A DNA stretch of 64,000 nt from Carcharhinus amblyrhynchos. Lineage: Eukaryota. Below the pieces are notes generated by a model. That model was not told the origin of the DNA. It saw only the letters and a list, made by a program, of their open reading frames with translations, and ran no database searches. Within the stretch, counting starts at the first letter, position 1. The number at the start of each line of letters is the position of its first letter. The translations under genes were made by a program, and so were the position numbers. This document shows, in pieces, positions 42,651 through 53,225 of this stretch. The DNA lies in contig OZ336881.1 in assembly GCA_965287045.1 (NCBI GenBank), forward strand, positions 63,736,001 through 63,800,000, written 5' to 3'.

Positions 42651-43063
42651 AGTATGCTTGTTTACAGTAACAAAGATTTCAATTTCTGTCCACTACTACA
42701 GTACTTCAAAGGTAGGAATTAGTCTTTGGCTCATGTGTAGTCTCCCCAGTCGCCAATTCAGTGGAATAGATCTCAAATGCTGGATTGACATCATGTTGGG
42801 TATTTACATACACATGGAGTGCCATTGACTCAGTGATTATATTCCTGAAGCAGAAAGTAGGCAATGGATTTGAGCGACATTCCAAAAGGTCCCACCAACT
42901 GGAGACAGAAAACAGTTGATAACCTATTAGACACTTGCATTTGGATGGAATGACCACTGGTTTTGTGGTTGTATTCCTACCATTCAGTCAGAAAGGCTTG
43001 AATTAGGTCTCTTTCCAGTCAAGACCAGCAAATATAAACTGGAACTCTGGGTTTGAATAATGT

Positions 43064-43150
43064 CATGATATGGGTATGCCGGCGTTGGATTGGGGTAAAC
43101 ACAGTAAAAAGTCGGTTGGACTGAAACCTGGTGTTGTCAGACTTCTTACT
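43064..43150 (-). mobile_element. PLE-derived short element, family A (truncated, with inversion)
   Basis: The tail GATATGGGTATGCCGGCGTTGGATTGGGGTAAACACAGTAAAAAGTC is joined to an inverted GTTGGACTGAAACCTGGTGTTGTCAGACTTCTTACT. TSD TTTGAATAATGT/TTTGAACAATGT at 43052-63 and 43150-61. Confidence 0.75.
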
Positions 43151-43360
43151 TTGAACAATGTGTCATTGATCAATGGGAATACTTGATCTATTTAGTACGC
43201 GGACTTCACCTGCATCAAGGGTAGATGTAGTTCTTTAGGCTTCTTGCAGCTCATCAAGGAGAGATTATATCAAAGATAAAAACAATTAAGGGAGGCATTG
43301 AGAAACCACTTCACCTATTCTTTCAACTGGCTCAAGAATCCCATGTGTGAGGTTTGTGTT

Positions 43361-43495
43361 GAGCTCTGACAAAGGGTCATCCAGACCTAAAATGCTACCT
43401 CTATTTTCTCTCCTCAGGTGCTGTCAGACCTACTGTGATTTTGCAGCATTTTCTGTTTTTGTTTCAGATTCCAGCACCTGCAATATTTTGTCTTT
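43361..43495 (+). mobile_element. PLE-derived short element, family B, with decayed hammerhead motif
   Basis: GAGCT-CTGACAA-AGGGTC-ATCCA-GACCT-AAAA-TG-CT-ACCTC, then CTCTCC.CAG.TGCTGTCAGACC...CAGCATTTTCTGTTTTTG..TCAGATTCCAGCA.CTGCA.TATTTTG. Related copies lie at 46185 and 56338/57501. Confidence 0.6.
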
Positions 43496-44514
43496 ATAAT
43501 ATCTGAATGAGTATATATTTATCTCAAAAATGAAGTTTATTATCTGGTAGCATATAAAAATGTGGCAGTGTGTGTTAACACTCAGTAGTATCCCACTGAA
43601 GTGTGACTATTAAACTGCCATTTCAATACATAATGTTTTGGGGTCATTAAGATTTTTATTGCTATTTCAGTCAATGAACAGACTAGAGCAGGCCCTCAGT
43701 AACAGAGAAAAAACACCTTTAATGTATAAACATTTAGAATATGAATATAGGATCAGGAGTTGGTAAACCATCCTTTAATATGTTGCACCGTTCAGTGAGA
43801 TAGTGGCTGATTTGTACCTTAACCCAAATTTGTTGTCTTCCGTCCATATATTTTTATAGTTGTCCTACTGCAGCAAAAAAAAAGCTATTGATCTCAGATT
43901 TAAAACAATTACTTGACTTATCATTGACTGCTCATTGTAGTGCAGATTTCCATGTTTCTACCGCTCTTTGAATTATAGATTACACTCATAGACCATGTAC
44001 ACTCACAGATTCTTTGCATGAAGAAATGACCTGGCTCTGATTTTATGGTGACACCCCTGTCCCCCATTCCCCACCAGCAAGAAAGAGGTGCACTTATTAT
44101 AGCCTATCAATTCTTATCAAAATACAAAAACGCCAATCGAATCATCCCCTGTCGTTTTATATCCAATGAGATGCAAGCTCGGTTAATGTAACCTTTCTCA
44201 ATAATCTATAGCATTCAGTTGAATCTGTGCTGCACTTCTTTCAAGGCCAATGTATCATTTCTAAGTCACAGTGCCCAGAGCCATACACAATAGTCCAAAC
44301 ATGAAATAACTAGGCTTTATATAGCTCTAGCAAAACATCAACCCCAAGATATTCTAAGACTCTCATTATGAAAATTAATATTCCATCAACTTTTAGATTA
44401 TTTTTGTATCATTTTAGTGAGGTGTTTTCATGGACTTCCACTGTTCCTAGTTTTTCATCATTTAAATAATATTTTGGTCTGTTCTTTTCTGGTCCAAATT
44501 GGGTGACCCTATTC

Positions 44515-46040
44515 TTTGATTTGATTTATTATTGTCACATGTATACAGTGAAAAGTATTGTTTCTTACGTGGTATACAAAGCATACCATTCATAGAGAAG
44601 GAAACAAGAGAGTGCAGAATGTAGTGTTACTGTCATAGCTAGGGTGTAAAGAAAGATCAACTTTAATGGACTTTGATCCATTCAAAATCTGATGGCTACA
44701 GGGAAGAAGCTGTTCTTGAGTCAGTTGGTATGTGATCTCAGACATCTGTATCTTTTTCTCAATGGAATAAGGTGGAAGAGAGAAAGCCCAGTGTGCGTTG
44801 GGTCCTTAATTATGCTGGCTGCTTTGTCGAGGCAGCAGGAAGTGTACACAGAGTCAGTGGATGGGAGGCTAGTTTGCGTGATCAATTGGTCTACATTCAC
44901 GACCTTTTGTAATTACTTGCAGTCTTGGGCAGAGCAGGAGCCATACCAAGCTTTGATACAACCAGAAAGAATGCTTTCTATGGTGTATCTGTAAAAGTTG
45001 GTGAGAATTGTTGCTGACATGCCAAATTTCCTTAGTCTTCTGAGGAAGTAGAGGTATTTATGGGCTTTCTTAACTATAGTGTCAGCATGGGGGGATCAGG
45101 ACAGGCTGTTTGTGATCTGGACACCTAAAAACTTGAAGCTTTCGATCATTTCTACTTTTTCCCCGTTGATGTAAACAGGGGCATGTTCTCCACTACTCTT
45201 CCTAAAGTCAATGACAATCTCCTTCATTTTGTTGACATTGAGGGCGAGATTATTGTTGCTGCATCAGTTCACCAGATTTTCTGTCTCATTCCTGTACACT
45301 GTCTCATCTTTGTTTGAGATCCTACCCACTATGGTGGTGTTGCCAGCAAATTTGAAAACTGCATTGGAAGGGAATTTGGCCATATAGTCATAGGTGTACA
45401 AGTAGTCTAGTAGGGGGCTGAGAACACAGCCTTGTAGGACACCAGTGTTGAGGATGATTGTGGAGGAGGTGTTGTTGCTTATCCTTACTGAATGAGGTCT
45501 GTGGGTTAGGAAGTTCAGGATCCAGTCATAGAGGGAGGAGCTGAGACCCAGGCCATGGAGTTTGGAGAAGAGTTTTGTAGGAATAATGGTGTTAAAGGCT
45601 GAACTATAGTCAAAAATAGGAATCTGACATAGGTGTCTTTGTTATCGAGCTGTTCCAGGTTTGAGTGCAGGGCCAGGGAGATGGTGCCTGCTGTGGACCT
45701 GTTGCTGTGGTAAGCAAACTATGGTGGATTCAGGTAGTCCAGGAGGCAGGAATTGATTGGTGCCATGACTAACCTTTGGAAGCACTTCATAATGATGGAT
45801 TTCAGAGCCACCGGACGATAGTCATTAAGGTACGCTGCTTGGCTTTTCTTAGGTACAGGGACAATGGTCATCTACTTGAAGCAGATGGAGACCTCAGATT
45901 GTTGTAAAGAGAGGTTGAAGATGTCTGCAAACACCCCTGCCAGCTGATCCACACAGGATATGAGTGTTTGTCCTAGTACTCCATCCAGGCCAGTCGCTTT
46001 CCATGGGTTGACCTTTGAGAAAGCTGCTCTGACCTGTGTC
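44515..46040 (-). mobile_element. Rex1/Babar-like non-LTR retrotransposon, 5'-truncated, inactive RT
   Basis: The minus strand at ~45470-45310 translates to [53 protein letters not shown], with FADD mutated to FAGN. It has an (AAATC)n tail and an imperfect TSD TGACCCTATTCT/TGACCCACATTCT. Confidence 0.85.
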
Positions 46041-46184
46041 CTGACCCACATTCTTATCTGGGTTGAAATTCATTCACCAGAATGTTTATCACTCCCATAA
46101 TCTATCAGTGTTTCGTTGTAATTTTATGCTCTCATATGCATTACTTACTACACCAGTATCCTTGTACCATCACCAAACTCCCAC

Positions 46185-46316
46185 ATGCAGTGAAAAGCAG
46201 TCAGCTCAAAATATTAACTCTACTTCTCTCCACAGACGCTTAGACAGCTGTGCATTCTCTGCATTTTCTATTTTTCTTTAAGATTTCCAGCATCTGCAGT
46301 ATTTTGCTTTTGCATT
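46185..46316 (+). mobile_element. PLE-derived family B remnant
   Basis: TTAACTCT..TTCTCTCCACAGACGCT...GCATTTTCT.TTTTT...AGATTTCCAGCATCTGCAGTATTTTGC resembles 43395-43495. Confidence 0.6.
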
Positions 46317-46661
46317 TATTGCTCTCTGTTATGTTATCAAAGCCATTGATAGGTATAGTGAACAGTCAAGACCCCAGCACAGACCCGTGTAAGACACCAT
46401 TCCAATTTGAGTGCATATCTTTTAGCCCTATTCTCTGTCTTCTACCGTCTAACCAATCTACTAATCAGGTCAATAATTTACCTTCAATTCCTTGAGTTTT
46501 GATTCCAGCTAACAGTCTCCCACCAGGAACTAGTTGAGAGATACAATATTTCACAAAGACCACCTGGATTTTCCTTCTAAGAAAGCAATAGAAAGTGCAC
46601 AAAGTGGATGAAATGGAGTGAGATCACTTGTGGCCAAAACTATGGCTTCAGCTTCATGTCG

Positions 46662-46878
46662 TGATGTGGAGATGCCTGCACTGGATTGGGTTAAACACAG
46701 TAAGAAGTCTTACAACACCAGGTTAAAGTCCAACAGGTTTATTTGGAGTACTTGCTGCTCCTTCCTCAGGGATCTCCCACTCACCTGACGAAGGAGCAAC
46801 AAGAGCTTCGAAAGCTAGTGGCGTTTGCTACCAAATAAACTTGTTGGACTTTAGTCTGGTGTTGTAAGACTTCTTACT
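46662..46878. mobile_element. PLE-derived short element, family A, fold-back structure
   Basis: A 37-nt tail is followed by 48-bp inverted arms (46699-46746 and 46831-46878) enclosing back-to-back hammerhead motifs. Confidence 0.85.
46782..46820 (+). ncRNA. Minimal type-I hammerhead ribozyme motif with intact core
   Basis: CAC-CUGACGA-A-GGAGC-AACAAGA-GCUUC-GAAA-GC-UA-GUG: stem I CAC/GUG, core CUGANGA and GAAA, stem II GGAGC/GCUUC, palindromic AGCU in place of stem III. Transcription and activity are unknown. Confidence 0.7.
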
Positions 46879-47059
46879 ATATTTAGTTTCATATAACATC
46901 AGTATTGATTCAATCCCTTTACTGTATCCAAGGGATTATGTAGGATGTAAAAATGAACTTAAAGCGGGCCCAGGTTTAGTCTTCAGAATTATAATTCCAC
47001 TCCCCTCACCCCCACCCCCCAGACGCTAATCCCCAAGCAAGTAAAGTTTAATGTCGTCT

Positions 47060-47580
47060 GTGACTTAGTGATCGCATTCTCACTCTCGCCTCTGTGTTAG
47101 AAGGTTGATAATTCAAGCTCACTCCAGAGACCAGAGCACATAACTCAAGCAGTACTGGGGGAGTGCTCAACTGTAGCAAGTGCCACCTTGCTGGTGAGAT
47201 TAAACAGAGGCCCAGTTCACCTGTCGAAGAGGGAAACCTCGAAAGCTTGTGCGTTTACTATCAAATAAATCGGTTGGACTAAAACCTGGTGTAGTCAGAT
47301 TTTTTACTGTGTTTACCCCAATCCAACGCCGGCACATCCACACCAGGAAAAAGATCGCCAGGGCAGTGTTACAAGAAGCGCTGGGGAATTCTGCTGGTAC
47401 TCTGGCCAACATCTAACCCTCAAACAAATGGTTTAATCATCTACTTGATTGCCGTTTCGGAAATCTTGCCACCCGCAAACCGGGTTCTGTCTTTCCTACA
47501 TTAAAACCTCAAAATCATTGAATTGGCCGTAAAGGCTTCGGGAAATCTGTACTGACTATATAAATACAAGCATTTTCTCT
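47060..47580 (+). mobile_element. DeuSINE (SacSINE1-like) tRNA-derived SINE interrupted by a PLE element
   Basis: CACTCTCGCCTCTG.GT.AGAAGGTTG...TTCAAG..CACTCCAGAGAC..GAGCACATAA...CAGTACTG.GGGAGTGCT...TTAAAC.GAGGCCC, resuming GAAG..GGGGAATTCT..TGGT...CTGGCCAACAT and ending CTATATAAAT.CAAG. Confidence 0.7.
47218..47345 (+). mobile_element. PLE-derived family A element with hammerhead motif (one core substitution)
   Basis: CAC-CUGUCGA-A-GAGG-GAAA-CCUC-GAAA-GC-UU-GUG (47218-47251), followed by AATAAA, the family body and the tail CCAACGCCGGCACATCCACACCA. Confidence 0.8.
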
Positions 47581-48989
47581 GAATGGAAGTTCACCGAGTA
47601 GCTCAGTGTCTAATTCAGTTCTACATTTACAGAGCGTGATTTGGAATAAATATTATTGTGCAGCACAATCAAAATACAACGAATTACATAATCCAGCAGT
47701 GATATTTAATCGGAGGGTGATAAAGTACAGATGTTATCCTGTAAAACGCCATCAAACTGTGACAAACTGTGGGTTATTACTTATAACACTCATTCAAAGA
47801 AGGGCAGCATTTAAACCTAAAAACTTAAACGATTCATATCTCCATGTTTCCCAAAGAAAACTGTGAAGTTTACCAGCTATAAGGAATATAACTGTTACAC
47901 ATGACCAAGATCAAAGTTGCACAATTACTCGATAACAAAATGAAATTAATACCATCTCCTTTGAGAGTAAACACGAACATTTGGAGTTAATATTTCTAAC
48001 TCTGAAATTACCCATTTCACAAGCTAATGCTACTGCATCATTTCATTGCGAACATCGATTTCCAAAACGCCTATATAACTTTTGTATGTGTGATACTTGG
48101 GATTTTAATCTCTGCCCTGATAGCATGTATGATGCGTTATCTGAACAAGCCTATGACTCTGCAATGTAGCTGAACTTACAGTGAGCGCTATGCGGCCAGC
48201 GCCCGAAGAAACAGTCACTGGAGGGTGAAACACTCCCACCCTTAATATGCTTAAAGCCAGGCAGGATCCCTCGCGTGAGTTCAGATCCGTAACTTTTAAT
48301 ATGACCGTTATACAGCGGGAAACTAAACTATCTGCCCGCTGGATTAATAACCTCAAGAATCGGAAATACAGAAGTGCGAAGAATAAATGAAGACAAATAA
48401 AATATTTTCTAGCGAATTTACATGCAGCATCGGACAGCACAAAATACGAAGGACTCTGACCTTAAAAAAACAAACTGTTACTGATAGCAAACTTGTTTCA
48501 TTTTTAAATTACAACGCAATTTAAACAAAAACAGCGTTCATGTAATACTGGGATCGAAAGCGGCAAGTGTTTTTTGCTTCTGGTGAGAAAAAGAGAACTT
48601 AATCCAGGGCGGAGATTAAGACTGAAATGATACAATAAAAGTATCATCTTTTGGAGGAGCTGCTATAACATTTCACAGGAGCTGGCTGAAGAGACTGGAA
48701 CGCCATTCACCTCACCATCCTGTCCCGTTTAATTAACTCCGAGACTGGACTTCCCTTAAAAGATATGGTAGGGGGTGGGGGCGCGGAATATACAAGTTCT
48801 GATGAGTTGTTCGCAGATGTTTCTCCAAAAGAAGACAACACTGTAAAGCAGAGAAAATGACCGACATATGGGACGACCCCAGGAAGGGTCAATTCAACAA
48901 AACAATCAAATAAACACACAAGTTCCAGGTCCTTTCATGTTCTGCTGATGATGTCTAAGTAACCAAACGGCGCCCGTCCAGTAAAGGAA

Positions 48990-49027
48990 TGATGTAACCT
49001 GGTGTAACCTGCTGTTGTGAGACTTCT
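48990..49027 (+). mobile_element. 38-bp family A micro-insertion with 13-bp TSD
   Basis: TAACCTGGTG-TAACCTGCTGTTGTGAGACTTCT, flanked by TCCAGTAAAGGAA at 48977-89 and 49028-40. Confidence 0.7.
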
Positions 49028-49514
49028 TCCAGTAAAGGAAGCCAAACTCCAATCTTTCACAGTCTCAACAGAGAACACCTAAATAATCAAGTGGGTTCGG
49101 GCCACCGGGTGGGATCCATTCTCAGAATGAATCTCTTTGGCGGCGTTTTACACCAGCACTTGGCTGTAAGGTCCGAGAGTTCAGTGTGTGCAGGATTCTG
49201 TGAAAGAGAAAGTGTATTCCCTGTGCTTACACAGGGGAGGGGAGCCTACGGGGGTGGAGGATACACTGACACTGGCTCCCGAGGCAGCAGCATGCTCACT
49301 CTGTGGAGGTCAGTAGGCCGTTATTAGCTTATTTAAGCATCTTCTGTGCTGCAAGTATCCGGGGTCTTGCTACTGTATCGAGCGGGGAAATATAATTTGC
49401 TGTTTCCTTTGGGGAGTAAGCAACGCGAGCTGCTCCCTTTAAGTTCCAGTGCGATTGCTAGTTGTCAGAAGGCAGGGCCGCTCAGTGTCAAAACAGTGAC
49501 TGGAAATAGAAGCG

Positions 49515-49870
49515 GAAACAACAAAGAGAAACACACAGGGCAAGAGAGGAGAAAGAGAGGGAAAAGACACAGGCAGAGGTGAGGACGGGGGGTGTGCTGC
49601 GAACGGGCGTGAGAGGCGAGTGGAGGCAGGATACAACTGAGTGAGTGAGCAACAGAGGACAGAGAGGAAGAGAGAAGGAGGAAAAGTCTGGGGCACAGAC
49701 ACAAGTAATGGAAGCGACACAGAGATGAAGAGGGAATGAATGGGACAGTGAAAGAGGCACACACGAGGAGACACTGGGCGGTGGGGAGACATACTGACAT
49801 AGGGGGAAATAATGTGAGAGATATGAATGAAAGTGGGAGAAACAGAAAAACAAGTAACCAGAATGACACA
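49515..49870. repeat. GA-rich low-complexity region
   Basis: Purine-skewed GAGA/GAAA runs; the overlapping ORFs are artefacts. Confidence 0.7.
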
Positions 49871-50859
49871 TAAAGATGCATTTTCAGGTAATTAACTGCG
49901 CAGAACCGCGAAGCCAGGTACCTGTGATTTGAGGTGATATATTTAAACACAGGTATGCGTCTGTGGGATGGTAAATGTAAGCATTTTTTACATTTCACTT
50001 CCAGGACAGATCTGGTTTTAAGTGCACTGATTACTGATTGTCACGTGTTAAGGTGATGTACAGCTGCCCTCTCCCAGCACAATCACTTGCAGCATTTCAA
50101 TGGATCTTTGAAAGACGCCAATGTGAGCATGTTCAGGGTAGAATAGACCGAGCTGTCAAGTCCTTCACATTTGATCATATAAGAATGTCGAAAGGGTTGA
50201 ATATAATATGCGAGGGGAACAAAGTTGAAAACTGGTTCCTTGACTAGCAATACCACACATATTTATGTACTTAATACGGTCACACGATTTTGTATGAGCA
50301 TATTACAGCAAAAGCATACTTACTATTCCTGCCTTGAACTGCAGTCGCTCATAACTGACCTATGAAGTCCTTTTCTTTAGCACGAGCTAAAGAAACTATC
50401 GAGTGTTCTTACCAGCTCCAGATGTACTAACAGGCACAGTAAAAAGAATGTTCTCAAGACAGGCACCCACTGCCTAAGGGGCCTCACTTATTCTTTGTGA
50501 TTAAGTAATGCAGTGGTAGCTATTTGATAATGGAAGGCAGCGCATGCCAGACTGGCCTCTTTCACATATGTTCACACGAACATATACATTCAAACACGCA
50601 TAATCAGACATACACACATTTCAGCGGGATTCCCTGGATAGTGAAATCCAATCTGCTCCTTCTTTCTTGTCCCAGGGATGCAGATGCCATTTGAACTGCC
50701 CCTACCTGAGATTAGGTACCTCAATAAAAGAGAAATAAGAAGCATACCTCAGATAGCTGAATCTGGACGTCTTGCAACTTGGTCAGTGCTATGTTTTTCC
50801 TCTATTGAGCTTCTGATCTCAAGCCCATCACAGTGGTGAGGTGAAGGTTGAAAAAAATC

Positions 50860-51290
50860 AGAGAGAGGCCAGTACATCAATGTGATTCAGAATAGCACTG
50901 TTGAAAACATTTAGAGCAAATCATCTCCCCGCAGACTTACCCATGTTAATTCCACAACCCATTAACACAGAGTGGAAATTAAAAGAGTAAATAAACAAAA
51001 CATATTACAACATTAGTTGACCTTAACATGTGTTATTTTCAATGCTACTTCTAGCGAAATAATTTGAAGTTTTTGCAACACTGACAATGTCAGTCATGCT
51101 CTATTTATGTACTTGTAATTCTGATCGTTACATCTGCGTCTGCCACTCCTGTGACCCACAGAATGCATTGCTGAAGGTCAAAGGTCAGTGATATAGATGT
51201 GCAATTTAACATTGACAGGCTGTTAAAACCTGAACATCTTCCTGACAACAAGCATCGAACTATTTCTTTAACAGGGTAGTTTCTTTAGCT
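50860..51290. promoter_or_regulatory. Candidate distal enhancer with a perfect DR1 nuclear-receptor element
   Basis: AGGTCA-A-AGGTCA at 51175-51187, TGACAG at 51213-18, and E-boxes CATCTG/CAGATG nearby. Confidence 0.5.
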
Positions 51291-51589
51291 ACTACATATA
51301 CACTTGAAAATGTACAGCAGCATGGTTGATCACAATGAAATTCACTTGTATTCATGTGGCATTCAAAGGAGCTATCTATGCATTCTCACTCCGCATCACA
51401 AATCAGCTGTCCGTCCACCTGAGCGAACCAACTCTGGAAATATTTGCTGGCACTAAATTGAATTTACTCTCTTAAACTTTGTTCGCAGTTTATTAAGTAA
51501 ATGTGTACTAGCAATTAATAGCATAATGTGGGATGGATTCCAGATGAAAAAAATATACAATTATGCATTGATTAAGATATATAATGGAA

Positions 51590-51862
51590 ACATAGAATCC
51601 TTTCAGTGCAGAAGGAAGCCATTCAGCCCATCAATTTTGCACCGAAACAATCCCACCTAGTCCCTAACCCTGTTTATTAATCCCCCTGACACTAAGGGGC
51701 AATTTAGCATGGCCAATCAACCTAACCCCCACATCTTTGGACTGTGGGAGGAAACCAAAGCACTGAGGGGAAACCCACACAGACATGGGGAAAATATACA
51801 AACTCCACACCTAATGCTGGAATTGAAGCTGGGTCCTTGGCACTGTAAGGCAGCAGTGCCAC
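51590..51862 (-). mobile_element. HE1-type V-SINE (internally deleted)
   Basis: CATAGAATCC...CAGTGCAGAAGGA.GCCATTC.GCCCATC...GGGGCAATTTAGCATGGCCAATC.ACCTAACC..CACATCTTTGGACTGTGGGAGGAAACC, the reverse complement of 60442-60765. Confidence 0.85.
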
Positions 51863-52199
51863 CTGGAATAAAATTGGAAAAATTCTCTGCAGGAAGAGGA
51901 TTGATGGTTATCAATTGTGTAATAAATAGATTGAGGGTGTGATAATTTGTGAAGGAAATGTGATGGTAAAAAAAAAGGTCTTGGATGTGCAAGTTACAAT
52001 AATATTCTGTAGTTTTCACTGATTTTACTTAGAGATAAGAAAGTTTCACATAAATGTGCCTTAGCAAATTAGATGGAGTGCACCATTTCCATGATAGACT
52101 ATTCAGAAGGAATGGATTTGAAATAGAACACCAAAACCATCTATAGAACTGTGTTTATCAGAAGCATGTCAAAGATACATATCATAGTGATTGTCATGT

Positions 52200-52406
52200 A
52201 AATAGAATCACAGAACCATAGGATCCTTCCAATGGAGAAGAGGCCATCAAGTCTGTATTGACTCTCTGACACAGTATCTTACCCAGTTCCACTCCCCTGC
52301 CCTGTCCCTGTAATGTCCATACATTTCCTGTGGTTAATCCATCCAACCTACACATTTTGGGACACAGGTGCCATTTAGCATGGCTAACCCACCTAACCTG
52401 CACATC
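52200..52406 (-). mobile_element. HE1-type SINE, 3' half
   Basis: ATAGAATC tail followed by ...ATTTAGCATGGCTAA.CCACCTAACCTGCACATCT. Confidence 0.75.
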
Positions 52407-52945
52407 TAGTTTAGTTGTTATGAGGGCATCATTACAGGAGCAATTACTCAGAAGGAAAGATTCCATAAGAAGGTCATGGGAAAATAGAAGGCAATTCAGG
52501 CACTTAAGGGGTGTAAAATCAATAAGGAGAAGGTGGGTCTCTACTTAGTGTTGATAAGGCACCAGTTCCAGATGGGATGCATCCAAGAATACTGAGGGGA
52601 GTGGAAATGGAAATTACAAAGGTGCTAGTCATAATCATACAGTCTTCCTTAGACCCAGGAGTGGTACCAGAGGACCAGAGGACACAGATTTAAGGGAATT
52701 GGCAAAATAAGGAGTGGTGACATGAGAAGAAATGTTTTCACACAGAGTGATTAGGATCTGGAATGTACTGCTTGACAGTGTAGTGAAGGTAGGTTCAATT
52801 GAGGCTTTCAAGACTGTTACCTGAAAAAGCTGAATGTGCAAGGCTATGGGGAAGGGGCAGATTATATTGCTCCTACTCAGAACCGCGCAAGCACAATAGG
52901 CTGAACGGCCTCATTCTATGCTGTAATAATTCCGTGCTTCTGCGA
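52407..52945 (+). mobile_element. Rearranged CR1 fragments
   Basis: GATGGGATGCATCCAAGAATACTGAGGG (PDGMHPRIL-like), then CACAGATTTAAG...CACACAGAGTG.TTAGGATCTGGAATG..CTG and a 3' UTR. Confidence 0.7.
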
Positions 52946-53009
52946 AAAAGAGCCTGTTAATTATTTGTGACAATATTAGTTAAATAAATTATGCTAGTCA
53001 GTACACATG

Positions 53010-53225
53010 GAGAATTCTCTGTTTTTCTTTGACAGTGCCATTGACTCTTTAACATACATCCAGGCCAGCAGGATAAGCAGACAGGGACTTAATTTTACAT
53101 TTCATTGGTTTCATACTGATTTTAACATTCCCTTTACTTGGCACTGGTGACATTGTGGATTATTTGAACTTGAACCCACAACCTACTGACACAGAGATGA
53201 ATGCACAACAAACTGGGATAAGTTG
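53010..53225 (-). mobile_element. Decayed DeuSINE remnant
   Basis: AGTGCCAT.G..TCTTT.ACAT...GCAGACAGGG.CTT..TTT.ACAT.TCAT...CTTGAACCCACAACCT.CTGAC.CAGAG. Confidence 0.55.

Larger units (their letters stand above)
43735..46530 (-). mobile_element. Old degenerate CR1 LINE hosting nested Rex1-like and PLE insertions
   Basis: CR1 3' UTR at 43735-43850 and ORF2 remnants to 44514. The element resumes after 46041 and ends near GACCCCAGCACAGACCC.TGT (GVPQGSVLGP region). Confidence 0.7.
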
